A DNA stretch of 63,998 nucleotides, counting the filler, from Stramenopiles sp. TOSAG23-6 (taxonomy: Eukaryota): assembly GCA_900128565.1 (NCBI GenBank). It is 18 parts of 18 records of this genome, joined end to end, with 100 filler letters (N's around TTAATTAATTAA, not from the genome) between each part and the next. Parts side by side here need not be neighbours in the genome. Positions count along the whole stretch, not along the records: positions 10,791 to 14,282 come from LT637474.1; positions 14,383 to 17,871 come from LT637475.1; positions 17,972 to 21,459 come from LT637476.1; 15 more parts are not named here. One strand, written 5' to 3'. Below the pieces are notes generated by a model. It was not told the DNA's origin, searched no databases, and was given only the letters and a program-made list of their open reading frames with translations. A program made the position numbers and the translations under genes. Below, in pieces: positions 10,850-21,559 of the stretch (positions are counted from its first letter, which is position 1; each line of letters opens with the position of its first letter).

Positions 10850-13800
10850 ATTCTTCTTCAAGTATAGCAATCAATTTATTACATAATACTAACACAGACG
10901 TTTTGCAAACAGTCTCAACCTCATCGGCTCTTCAGCAGCAAACTGTTCTATCTATTGCATGGAACAAATATGATGTAACAAATACTACCACTGGAATGTT
11001 TCTACTAGGTACGACGTCTGGGGATATTTTACAAATTGAAATAAAACGAAAAAAAACAAGTGAAAACAAAAATATCAATATTTCGTGTAAAAGACTGTTT
11101 CATCTTGAAGGAATGAATATATCAGGACTTTATATGGAAAAGATGCCTTTTCTGAAATCTAATCTTAAAAGTAAATGTATGTTTTATTTTTTTTTCAAAT
11201 TCGATTTTTTTTCGTACGAAATTTTGTACCTAACGATTTTTTTCTGAAATCTAATCTTAAAAGTAAATGGACGTCAGTTTCCACACAAGAACAAAGTTTA
11301 TCAAATTCGGAAAACAAATCTGAAACAAATGCTTCTTTTTGTCGTACAGATTCTGACCAAATAATGGAAACTACGACTTGGTTTATATTAGCTACAGGCA
11401 GAAACGCAAAACAGAAAATAATTCGTGTCTATGAATTTTTTGGAGGTCCAAATTTTGAGATATTATTTAAATATTACAAAAATAATTTTGATGAATTCAA
11501 GAGGAATGATAATAATGATAATATTGAGGAGGATAATAATGATAATATTGAGGAGGATAATAATGATAATATTGAGCAGGACCTACTAAATAATATAAAT
11601 GTAATGAATGAATACAAGCGAGATGCTACAACTCAGAATATTGGAGATATTTTCTGGGCGGATATTCCAGCAGGTATTCGAATGGAGAAACCAACACTAT
11701 CCATAGCTTCACCAGATGGTGGTGTTTCTGATGGGTTTGGTATTTTAACTGGTAATGGTTGTGTTTTTTGTAACAGTTCATTAGATAAAAAAAGAAAAAC
11801 AAAATCAACAGATGGTTTGATGACGTCATCGACCTCGGTAGTAACGAAGAGTCAATCAATTATAAACGATCCAGGATTTATCAAAATGAATATAGTTGAT
11901 AAAGATTCAATGAAATTTTCTCATGATATAAGTGTATCACAATATCATGTGTATTGTACAGATATTATCGATATAAGTGAAAATAACATGAAATATGAAA
12001 ATAACACGAAATATGAAAATGACACAAGACTACAAAAACAAGATAATTGTATAGTAAGTTTGCGCTTTCGTATAATTAGTATAATAACGAAATCTATCTT
12101 GTACCAGAAAATCTTTCCTCTAGAAAAAAAATGGTCTTGGGATAAGACACGAAATCTTGTCTCAAACAATTTGACAGGATTGTCAAATAAGATGAACAGT
12201 TTTCTCATTCATGATTTCGTATCTAATGAGAAATGGATTATATCTAGTCATAATATTTGGTTAATTTCTATAACTGGAGAAGATAGAAATCTTTGGTCTG
12301 ATTACTTGCAAAATGCAATACAACAATGTAAATCACTCAGTAACGAAAACAACCCGAATAAAATAAATTTTGTTGGTTTCAAAAAATCATTATTTTATTG
12401 TGAAAACGACAAACAACGAAATATTGTGAATATACAGTATGCGAATGCATTGTTTCGTCACAAAAACTATTCCGAAGCTGCAAAAAAGTATTTTATATCA
12501 AAGTGTTCATTTGAAGATGTAATTTTGAAATATTTTTCAATATTACCAATTGCAACAGATTTGGGTACAAACACTGATATTAAATTAGACATGGTTACTT
12601 CCCCAATTGAATCACTACTTGAATATCTACGTCTAATACTTTCAAAGAATATTCACCGAAACATGTATGTTTTTTTTTTTTCAATTTCAAATTTATTTTT
12701 TTTTCGTACGAAATTTCGTACCTAACAAATTTTACAAAAAAAAAAATTTCACAATACATGAGGAGCCAAAAAACAGTTATTTTAACATGGATGTGTCATT
12801 TGCTTATTTATAAAGTGCATATAGCAAAATGTGTCATTGGCTCCATACCTCAAAAACAATTAAAACATCAAAAGTATCGAAAAAGTGAAAAACACAGAAA
12901 ATATCTGACAGACAGAATTACAAAATCACAAAAATGTTTACAGTCCTACGTAAACATTTTGAGGGATTTTTTACTTCAATATAAATGTGATTTAGACTCT
13001 CGAACCACTTTAGCTGCTCTGAGTAATTTTGGGCAGATAAATGAATTAACATATTTTGCACAAGAAACAGGTTTGTGGCAACGTGTTCTTTACATTCATT
13101 CTCAACAGAAACAATTTCTGACTGCATTACGTATCTTACAAAAAATTCCACAACATGAAGCATCAGCTTTACATTACGAATTTTCGTTTGAATTCATGAA
13201 ACACATACCTAAAGAAACGATTCAAGTATGGATTTCTGGTACGTGTGACTTTTTAATCCCTCGTCAGTTAATGCCATCATTAGTTCAATATGAAGTGAAA
13301 ACGAATGATAATAGTAATAATAATGGTACAATTTCTGTACTTAAGTATTTGGAATATGTTACAGGTACAAATGTTTTAAGTGCTCCAATTACGTCACGAC
13401 CATCAAATATATCACAGAGAATGAAAACGAATCATAAACTTAATGATACAATAGAAAAATCAAATGTAAAGAATAAATCTTCAAGTACGAAATCTTGTAC
13501 AAAACATTTAGATGTAGTACAAAACAAACATCGCAAATATTTCAGAAAGATTTCGTGTCGTGATAGTTTTGTATTTAACTACTTTTTCCGTCTTTTAGCT
13601 AAAACTCAATCTGAAACTGAAGTTTTGAGGTTTTTAGCGGAACGAAAAGATGATGATATTGGTGTTATACTTAATCTAAATAGCGCGTTACGGATATGTA
13701 CGTTTACATTATGATTTTCAAATTGTTTTTTTTCGTACACAATTTCGTACCTAAGAAAAACATTCTTGTTTTTTTTATTTTTTCACAATACATGTCAACG

Positions 13801-14195
13801 TTTACACCTTACAAGATGTTGTATATATATTTATACCATGTTGCATTTATATAATGACGCAATGGATGTAGCGTTACAAAATAATCTTATCCATGAAGCA
13901 AAAGAAGTCATTAAAAATGTTGTGGATGATTCACAAATGAGTAAACATGAATGTTTTATTTTTTTTCAAATTCGTTTCTTTTTTCATACGAAATTTTGTA
14001 CCTAACGATTTTTTTTTTGAAATATTTTTACAAAATACATTTATGGCTTTCATTGATTCATTATTGTTTTCAGAAGAATAAAAATATAGAACAGGGTATG
14101 TCAATATTAAGTGAATGTGGCGATGTTTTAGATGTAGCATCAATCCTACCATTGATGCCTTCTTCTATAAAACTTCGTAGAGTAGGTCGACCAAT
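10850..14195 (+). CDS. VPS18: Vacuolar protein sorting 18 (PEP3), internal exons
   Basis: LLGTTSG, RVYEFFGG, EDRNLWSDYL, SFEDVILKY, ALRICQR...YNDAMDVAL and KHLWL motifs; one frame after removing introns 11177..11268, 12665..12759, 13698..13793 and 13949..14040, all ending AT. Confidence 0.85.
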
Positions 14196-14631
14196 GTACG
14201 TTTTCATCATGAATTTATTAATTTATTTTTTTTTGGTACGAAATTTTGTACCTAAACAAATTTTTGATTTTTTTTTTTTTTTNNNNNNNNNNNNNNNNNN
14301 NNNNNNNNNNNNNNNNNNNNNNNNNNTTAATTAATTAANNNNNNNNNNNNNNNNNNNNNNNNNNNNNNNNNNNNNNNNNNNNAATAAAAAATGTAAATAT
14401 TATTCTACAGTGTAGAGCATGATGGACTATACAGGAACCGAATTTTTATCAAACGAAAAAAAAATAGAAGAAGAGAAGAGTAAAAAAAAAGGCAAAGAAA
14501 TTCCTGAGATCCAATGTAAGTTTTTTTTTTCAATTTTGAATTTATGAATTTATGAATTTTTTTTTTTTTTCGTACGAAATTTTGTACCTAACAAATTTTT
14601 TTTTTTTTTGAAATATTTTTCCAAAATACAT

Positions 14632-15268
14632 GGGTATTGAATACCAAATCGGAACGTATTGCATTGGCGGATTGTACTGCTTATTTTCATTTGTAATTCC
14701 TTTACTTCACATTGGAGTATTAGGTACACTATGGAGGTGGAAGTTAACTCTACCAGAGCAAAAGAAAATATTTTTTCTTGCTGAAATTTTAAGCGCTTGG
14801 GCAGCACTCGAGGTTTTTCTTGTCTCGGTTGTAGTTGCACTTGTAGAGTTAAAACCTGTATCAGGTTTTATGACAGGACCAATTAAAGAAGCTCAAATGT
14901 TGAAAGATTACACAATTAAATATCTTCTGCCCCTCAATTTAATATCCGAATATAATGCCCAAAGTTTTGTCGTTGATAGTGAAGTTAAGTATGGTATTTA
15001 TATATTAGTTATTGCAGCTGTACTCACTCAAATTTTGACTCAATTTGTTGTTCGTATGGCAGAAGCGTCCATTGAAGCAAGAGAAAATCGCTTAAAAGGC
15101 AGATCAGTTGATGAAAGATTTACTCATGGTTGTGGAACTTCTTTAGTTTTATATTTGCATGATTGTTTAATTGGTACAATTGCTGTTAAAGTACCTAAAG
15201 ATAGCAGCAAAAAAGACTGTGACTATCAAAGATTTGATGATAATGATTATCATCGATTTGGTCATTAA
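14632..15268 (+). CDS. PqiA-like (paraquat-inducible A) membrane protein, last exon
   Basis: FSFVIPLL...EILSAWAALEVFLVSVVVALVEL resembles the PqiA W-x-x-L-D/E-V-F motif; preceded by a family acceptor aaaatacat at 14631. Confidence 0.6.
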
Positions 15269-15795
15269 TTATTTATTTATTATTTTGTATAGTAATAAAA
15301 AAATTATTCAATTTTTTTAGGTCATTAATTATTTATTCATTATTTTGTATAATGATAAAAAAAATATTCGATTTTTTTAGTGTCTCCTTCACTACAAGTG
15401 TTTATTATACACAAATACAAAAAATACAAAAAATACAAAAAATACAAAAAATACAAAGTTGATATGAAAATGATAAAAATGAATAAAAAGTGACAAAAAA
15501 CACGAAATATGCGATTATGTTTTGACGGGTCATTTTAAAAAAATGACGACTTTTTAAATTTCCATGCGGCCAAGTAATTAATTGTGTCGTGTACCCTTCG
15601 CTTTTTGAGTCAAGTCGTCTCGATAATATTATCATTTTTAAGCAACTTCACGCTACTGGATGAAATTGTATACATGTTAAGCTCATAGGCATAATTATAT
15701 TATACTATACTCATAGTGCTAAATCATCAACCTGTAATCCGAAGGAACTTGCAAGGATTGAATCCACGAGTATTTCTTTGTTGGTCAAGTGCGTG

Positions 15796-17088
15796 ATGCG
15801 TAGGTTTCGTTTTCGTATTTCATCTATTCTTTTTTTCGCCGCTATTATTCAAGTCCTACATATTTCTGAAGCAACTTCGTCAGTACGTCGAATAGACAAT
15901 CATATAGATGTATCTTTTGACGTGGAGAATCCGGACACATTTCCTTTATCTCGAAGATCTGCAGCCGAAATAATCCCTATCCGACGTGCAAGTCCAGTAT
16001 CTAATTGTATTGTGAAAGCAACGACTGTATGCAAAGCACTGTATTTTTTAGGAATGATAACCGTTTTAACCCAGATTTTGGGTGTAGGTGTTATTGGTTT
16101 ATTAGTGGACGGTGAGAAAATTGTACCTGGAGGCTTTGCACTAAAAAACATTTCAGATGACGTTCTCAATCCAGTCTTTCAAAATTATGAATGTAACAGC
16201 ATGATTAAACATTATGAAGCACACGCCGACCAATCTAAGATAGAGAGTCTTTGTCAATGTGCAGAATTTGTTGAGAAAGAGTGTGTGAAAACATTCAATG
16301 AAACAAATAACCAAACCTTGTGTTATCGTGGACAAGTAATTCGACGTAGTAAATATTTATATAACAAAACTGTGGGGGTTATATGGAGAAAATGCATCAA
16401 ATATGGACCAATTACAGGTCAGAGTCGCCAATGGTTTAACGAAACAAGAAACCGTGTGGATAAAATGGAAATTTATTTGGATTTCCTCATTGGTTCATCT
16501 GCTTTTGTACTTGCTTCATCTATTATTTGTTATTTTAGTAGTGATATCCCGAAAAGGTTCCTTCGTCAGTTGGAATCACATGAGGTGCTCAAAATGCATG
16601 ATAGCCTTGCTGTCCAGAATCACACTATAAGACTACATCACGAAATTTTACAGTACCAAACAAAAGTCATAGAAAACGAGACAATAAAAGAGGTTGATGC
16701 CAATCTAGAATTGTTTTTACGTTTGCACAAATCCCAGTGTCGTTTCGCGACAGCGAAATTTTTCCATTGGAATCGACAGTATTTGGCGCAGGACATTTGT
16801 CAGCTAATTAAGGATTTATTACTTGCCAATGAAGAAAATATCTGGAAAGTTTGCAGCAAACAGAAAAGAGAAAAAGAATGTTTGTACTTGCATAAAATGT
16901 TAAAGCAACAGCTAAACAAGCTCAAAAGCAATTCGAATAAACATTATCCAATGCAAAGAGCATTTTATTTAGCCAACGCCAGACTACATGATAAAATGAG
17001 GAAATACTTAATTATGAGGCAACCTCATGAACTATCTATGGTTGAGCCTGAACCAGATTTACCTTGCGTTGTTGATGAAAATCCTTAA
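15796..17088 (+). CDS. Unknown membrane protein with signal peptide and two further hydrophobic segments around a Cys-rich loop
   Basis: Intronless ORF of about 430 aa; hydrophobic segments at the N-terminus, ALYFLGMITVLTQILGVGVIGLLV and FLIGSSAFVLASSIICYF. Confidence 0.65.
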   Translation: MRRFRFRISSILFFAAIIQVLHISEATSSVRRIDNHIDVSFDVENPDTFPLSRRSAAEIIPIRRASPVSNCIVKATTVCKALYFLGMITVLTQILGVGVIGLLVDGEKIVPGGFALKNISDDVLNPVFQNYECNSMIKHYEAHADQSKIESLCQCAEFVEKECVKTFNETNNQTLCYRGQVIRRSKYLYNKTVGVIWRKCIKYGPITGQSRQWFNETRNRVDKMEIYLDFLIGSSAFVLASSIICYFSSDIPKRFLRQLESHEVLKMHDSLAVQNHTIRLHHEILQYQTKVIENETIKEVDANLELFLRLHKSQCRFATAKFFHWNRQYLAQDICQLIKDLLLANEENIWKVCSKQKREKECLYLHKMLKQQLNKLKSNSNKHYPMQRAFYLANARLHDKMRKYLIMRQPHELSMVEPEPDLPCVVDENP

Positions 17089-17324
17089 CAAAATTGTTGA
17101 AAAATACATAAAATTAAAAAATATCGTACGCAAACCTGTCTTGATGTTCAAATTTGACAGTGAGTTTTTTTGACACATCATTCACAGCAGTTTGCTAAGT
17201 TGCGCTATTATATTTTTCACATCACAAAATTTTCTTCATTTTAGCATTATTCTATTTGATAAGCAACTGTTATAATAGTTATAATAGTAAAGAAATCTAT
17301 ACTAAAGATTCTCTAGATCTCTAG

Positions 17325-17871
17325 ATGCCTAAATTATTGCTCTTTATTATTGGTGCGACTTCCATTGTTGCTTCTATTTCAGCAGGAAGCACCGTCGACG
17401 AAATAAAAGATACTTCAAGACCTTGTGTGACTACAGTTATAAAAGCTCAAGAAAGTAATACACAGCGTGATAATCTGAACGCTCCAACAATCTCAATCCA
17501 TCCAGGAGAACGTGACAATGCAACGTATGTAAAATATCAAGCAATACCATTAGCACCTAAACCTCGTTTATCAAACCATTCACAACAGATGGTGAGTAAC
17601 TATCCAAGTGATACACCAGCAGTCACTGACACTGTAACAAAATCTAAAAAAAAAGGTTTTCTCCACCAAATTGGCTGTATCTTTACATCTTGTGTTACAC
17701 TACCAGCCACAGAGACAACGACGGAATTGGTCAAAGACTCAAAACACTCAAAACACTCAAAACAACACTCAAAATCTTCTAGTGAAAAAGTTACTATTGA
17801 ACCTTTGCGACACTCAAAATCTTCTAGTGAAAAAGTTACTAGNGAAAAAGTTACTATTGAACCTTTGCGAC
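17325..17871 (+). CDS. Putative secreted Ser/Thr/Lys-rich protein (3' partial)
   Basis: MPKLLLFIIGATSIVASISA signal-like N-terminus; repeated HSKSSSEKVTIEPLR. Confidence 0.6.
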
Positions 17872-18036
17872 NNNNNNNNNNNNNNNNNNNNNNNNNNNNN
17901 NNNNNNNNNNNNNNNTTAATTAATTAANNNNNNNNNNNNNNNNNNNNNNNNNNNNNNNNNNNNNNNNNNNNGTTAGGTACAAAATTTCGTACGAAAAAAA
18001 AATCGATTTTTTTGTTTAAAAAAAAATAAATCATAC

Positions 18037-19007
18037 ATAGCTGGTGCAAGCATAACTACACTAGCACGAGATGGATCGACTTCTTGAACTCTGGCTGTAA
18101 ATTGTAATAAATTTGTATCGGTACTGCCACTATCTTTATTATCGTCAACTTTTTTCTTCTTCCAGCTGGGCAGTGGTAATTCCGTTCCTAAAGACCATCC
18201 CCCTTCATCTCTCAAAGTCTTCAGTGCTGTTGATCCATCAGCACCATCACGTATTTTAATAAGTTGTAGTCTTTGATGAAGAGGAAGAACAAATTTTGTC
18301 GCTGACAAACTCATTTTAGACTCTTCAATGGTTGGCTTTTCGTTTTCCTTTGGTTTAAATCGGGCTATTACTTTTATAGAGTATCTTTTAGGAGCCTCTA
18401 ACTGAGCAGCAGCACTTCTGGCAAGCCGCTCAGCTTTGAGACGGGATCCATCACCAAAGTATGGAACACTAACTTCTTCAAAGTTGGAAATCATTCTTGA
18501 GTTTGTAGGCGAGGCCGGTAAACTGCGTCTTTGGTCTTGTTGATCATATAAAGCGCTTTCGTTCTCAAGAACTGTTGACTTTTTTTGATGGAATTGATGA
18601 GCCGCTTGTGCTGCAGTTCTCACAGTAGGTGATAAATTAGTTTTTGTCTCAAATGTGTCGCTACTATTATTTAGATCAATATCTTCTGGAATACTACTTT
18701 CATGAGTCGGTGTAGGAGGTATATTCAATGAAATTGTGTGTTGTAGTGGACGCCACAAATTGCGCAAAGGCCACAAATCAAAGAATAAATTCTTCCAACT
18801 AATATTTAATGGTCTTTGGCGAGGCACGTACACATTCCGTTCTACGTCAAGTCTTTTCAAAAGCCACTGAAAGTGTACTGATGTCCCAACGAAAATCCTC
18901 CATTCGCGGTTTAAAATAATAGCGCTAAGATCATTAAACTCAAGGAATTCTAAAAACTGATAACTCCAAAGACATGGAGACTGAAATGTCTTCTGGGGTA
19001 ATAACAT
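18037..19007 (-). CDS. F-box-like plus kinesin-motor N-terminus protein, exon 1 (3' partial)
   Basis: FLEFNDLSAIILNREWR (F-box-like) and SIKVIARFKP (kinesin first-strand motif); family intron follows LAPAM. Confidence 0.55.
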
Positions 19008-19161
19008 CTCTTTGTGTTCTGCATGACAAACATGAAATTTTGATTTTCATCTGCCCTATCTCTCATTTTTTGACGGTTAGAATTTCGGTTAAGGAAAACC
19101 TCCGCGGTGTCATAAAATAAAAGACAATTATTGAAAAGAAGCATTGCAAAAAAATTAATAG

Positions 19162-19234
19162 TGGAGGTGGAGGGCATCGATCCCCCTGCCTCTCGCATGC
19201 AAAGCGAGCGCTCTACCAAGTGAGCTACACCCAA
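19162..19234 (-). tRNA. tRNA-Ala(TGC)
   Basis: D arm GCTC/GAGC, anticodon arm CTCGC-TTTGCAT-GCGAG, ATCG T-loop and G3:U70 Ala determinant; positions 1-2 are TT and do not pair. Confidence 0.85.
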
Positions 19235-19408
19235 TTACACATCCCCTCTTCATCAGAGTCACCACACACGACCAAGAACGACCAAAAAAAAACAGCCTCG
19301 AAAAAAAATAGTAGCAAATCGAAATATTTGCGTCGCTAAAAAAATTATTAATAGTACGTACGCAAAAAATACTTGTACGTAGTTTACAAACTCTTCATTT
19401 ATTTTTGT

Positions 19409-19678
19409 ATGGGGGTTACAGTTCTATTTTTTGCAAGAGCTCGGGAACTCTGTAAGACTTCAGAATATAGCATTAGTGTTAGTGGAGATTGTAGTCTCGA
19501 GGAAGTTATTACCCGTGTCAGTGAAAAGTTTCCTGCTCTTTTACGTCAACCTGCACCTTTAATTAAAAACTGTGCTTTCGCTGTAAATCAACAGTACATC
19601 CTAAAGCAAAATATTGGTTCCACTCGTATTCATTCAGGTGACGAAATTGCATTTATTCCTCCAGTTAGTGGGGGCTAG
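19409..19678 (+). CDS. MOCS2A: Molybdopterin synthase small (sulfur carrier) subunit
   Basis: VLFFARARE, FAVNQQY and GDEIAFIPPVSGG-stop. Confidence 0.93.
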   Translation: MGVTVLFFARARELCKTSEYSISVSGDCSLEEVITRVSEKFPALLRQPAPLIKNCAFAVNQQYILKQNIGSTRIHSGDEIAFIPPVSGG

Positions 19679-19696
19679 GTAATCTTTTATTCAAAC

Positions 19697-20284
19697 ATGA
19701 GCAATCACACTGTTGACGAACCCGTGATTGACAACACTGATAAACTCGATCTTACTTTATCTAAACCTCTTCAAGATGTCGTTGTTATTACTCCAAATAT
19801 ACTATCCATTGATAAAGCATGCTCCGATGTGGCATCGCCACGCGCTGGTGCAACAGCAACATTCATTGGTACGACTCGAGACAATTTTAATGGTTTGGAG
19901 GTCACAAGGCTGGAATATGAAGCTTATGTCCCCATGGCAAAAAGTGAGATGCATAAGATTTGCACTTTGGCACGAGCACGCTGGACGAGTATTCTTTGTA
20001 TTTCCATATATCACCGACTTGGAATTGTTGGTATTGGTGAAGCATCTATAATAATAGCTGTGTCGTCACCACATCGGCGGGATGCAATGGAAAGCATGAT
20101 GTATTTAATTGACACGGTGAAAGCTACTGTTCCTATCTGGAAAAAAGAGTTCTATTTAGATGGTTCAGAGTTCTCCGGACACCATGGCTCTGGACCACCA
20201 ACATTGTTACCTACATGGAAAGTCAATAAGGAGTTTGATCCTTCAATAACACATGGAAAAGTAAATAAAATTAAGAATAAATGA
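19697..20284 (+). CDS. MOCS2B: Molybdopterin synthase catalytic subunit
   Basis: GATATFIGTTRD, LEYEAYVPMA, HRLG, SSPHR and KATVPIWKKE motifs. Confidence 0.95.
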   Translation: MSNHTVDEPVIDNTDKLDLTLSKPLQDVVVITPNILSIDKACSDVASPRAGATATFIGTTRDNFNGLEVTRLEYEAYVPMAKSEMHKICTLARARWTSILCISIYHRLGIVGIGEASIIIAVSSPHRRDAMESMMYLIDTVKATVPIWKKEFYLDGSEFSGHHGSGPPTLLPTWKVNKEFDPSITHGKVNKIKNK

Positions 20285-20764
20285 ATCATTTAAAAAAAAT
20301 AGTTTTTAATAAACTCCAACAATAATGTGACATTATATTATCAAAAACCCACACAATATTTTGACTTGCGATTTTTTTTTCCGTGCCAAATTTTTGTACA
20401 CAACAATTTGAAAAAAACTACATCAACGGATATGATTTTGGAAAGCGAATTAATTGCCACGATTTATGATATGTTTCCCAATGTGACCACCCCAATTCAT
20501 GACATAGTTTGATCAAATCTTCATAAAGAACCTTTCGCTTTACATTACCAACTCCTGCATCATCAAGTGTTTTTATCTGTGCTAAGATACAACTTATCGC
20601 ACTAGCAGGTCTTCTCATGACTCGGTGTCTTATAGTGGATAACGTTAAATGTTTTGAATCTTTACCGTCCAATGCGACCCATTCTTCTAGTTGCTCACAA
20701 GCATATTGAAATTCAAATTCTGTATTTGTATTGTCACTATCACTAGAATCCTCCATAGATACAG

Positions 20765-21459
20765 TAGTAGTGACACATTTGAGACAAAAACTAATTTATC
20801 ACCTACTGTGAGAACTGCAGCACAAGCGGCTCATCAATTCCATCAAAAAAAGTCAACAGTTCTTGAGAACGAAAGCGCTTTATATGATCAACAAGACCAA
20901 AGACGCAGTTTACCGGCCTCGCCTACAAACTCAAGAATGATTTCCAACTTTGAAGAAGTTAGTGTTCCATACTTTGGTGATGGATCCCGTCTCAAAGCTG
21001 AGCGGCTTGCCAGAAGTGCTGCTGCTCAGTTAGAGGCTCCTAAAAGATACTCTATAAAAGTAATAGCCCGATTTAAACCAAAGGAAAACGAAAAGCCAAC
21101 CATTGAAGAGTCTAAAATGAGTTTGTCAGCGACAAAATTTGTTCTTCCTCTTCATCAAAGACTACAACTTATTAAAATACGTGATGGTGCTGATGGATCA
21201 ACAGCACTGAAGACTTTGAGAGATGAAGGGGGATGGTCTTTAGGAACGGAATTACCACTGCCCAGCTGGAAGAAGAAAAAAGTTGACGATAATAAAGATA
21301 GTGGCAGTACCGATACAAATTTATTACAATTTACAGCCAGAGTTCAAGAAGTCGATCCATCTCGTGCTAGTGTAGTTATGCTTGCACCAGCTATGTATGA
21401 TTTATTTTTTTTTAAACAAAAAAATCGATTTTTTTTTCGTACGAAATTTTGTACCTAAC
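20765..21459 (+). repeat. Inverted duplication of 17972..~18666 (F-box/kinesin gene fragment)
   Basis: Identical translation from SSDTFETK to the intron; copy lacks the N-terminus. Confidence 0.9.
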
Positions 21460-21559
21460 NNNNNNNNNNNNNNNNNNNNNNNNNNNNNNNNNNNNNNNNN
21501 NNNTTAATTAATTAANNNNNNNNNNNNNNNNNNNNNNNNNNNNNNNNNNNNNNNNNNNN

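Noticed and set aside
12663-12757. Reading the introns as U12-type AT-AC introns (ATGTATG...TAC)
   Set aside because: Equivalent only when the exon ends AT. Donors preceded by CT, GT, AC, TC, AA or TT, the INO1 GT-AG members and the REV3 proline place the cut at GT; the U12 donor ATATCCTT is absent.
13698-13793. Ciliate-style DNA-eliminated sequences with AT pointers
   Set aside because: Inserts follow gene orientation and carry a GT donor and CTAAC branch site, and some end in AG; RNA splicing is far more likely, though not proven without reads.
122-20284. Molybdenum cofactor gene cluster linking MOCS1 and MOCS2
   Set aside because: They are on different unlinked contigs; proximity comes from size sorting.
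17972-21459. Transposon with 700-bp terminal inverted repeats carrying MOCS2 and a tRNA
   Set aside because: The repeat is a truncated piece of a protein gene, and the junction has a short fold-back (tgtcacta near 20732, tagtgaca near 20768), typical of amplification or assembly chimeras.
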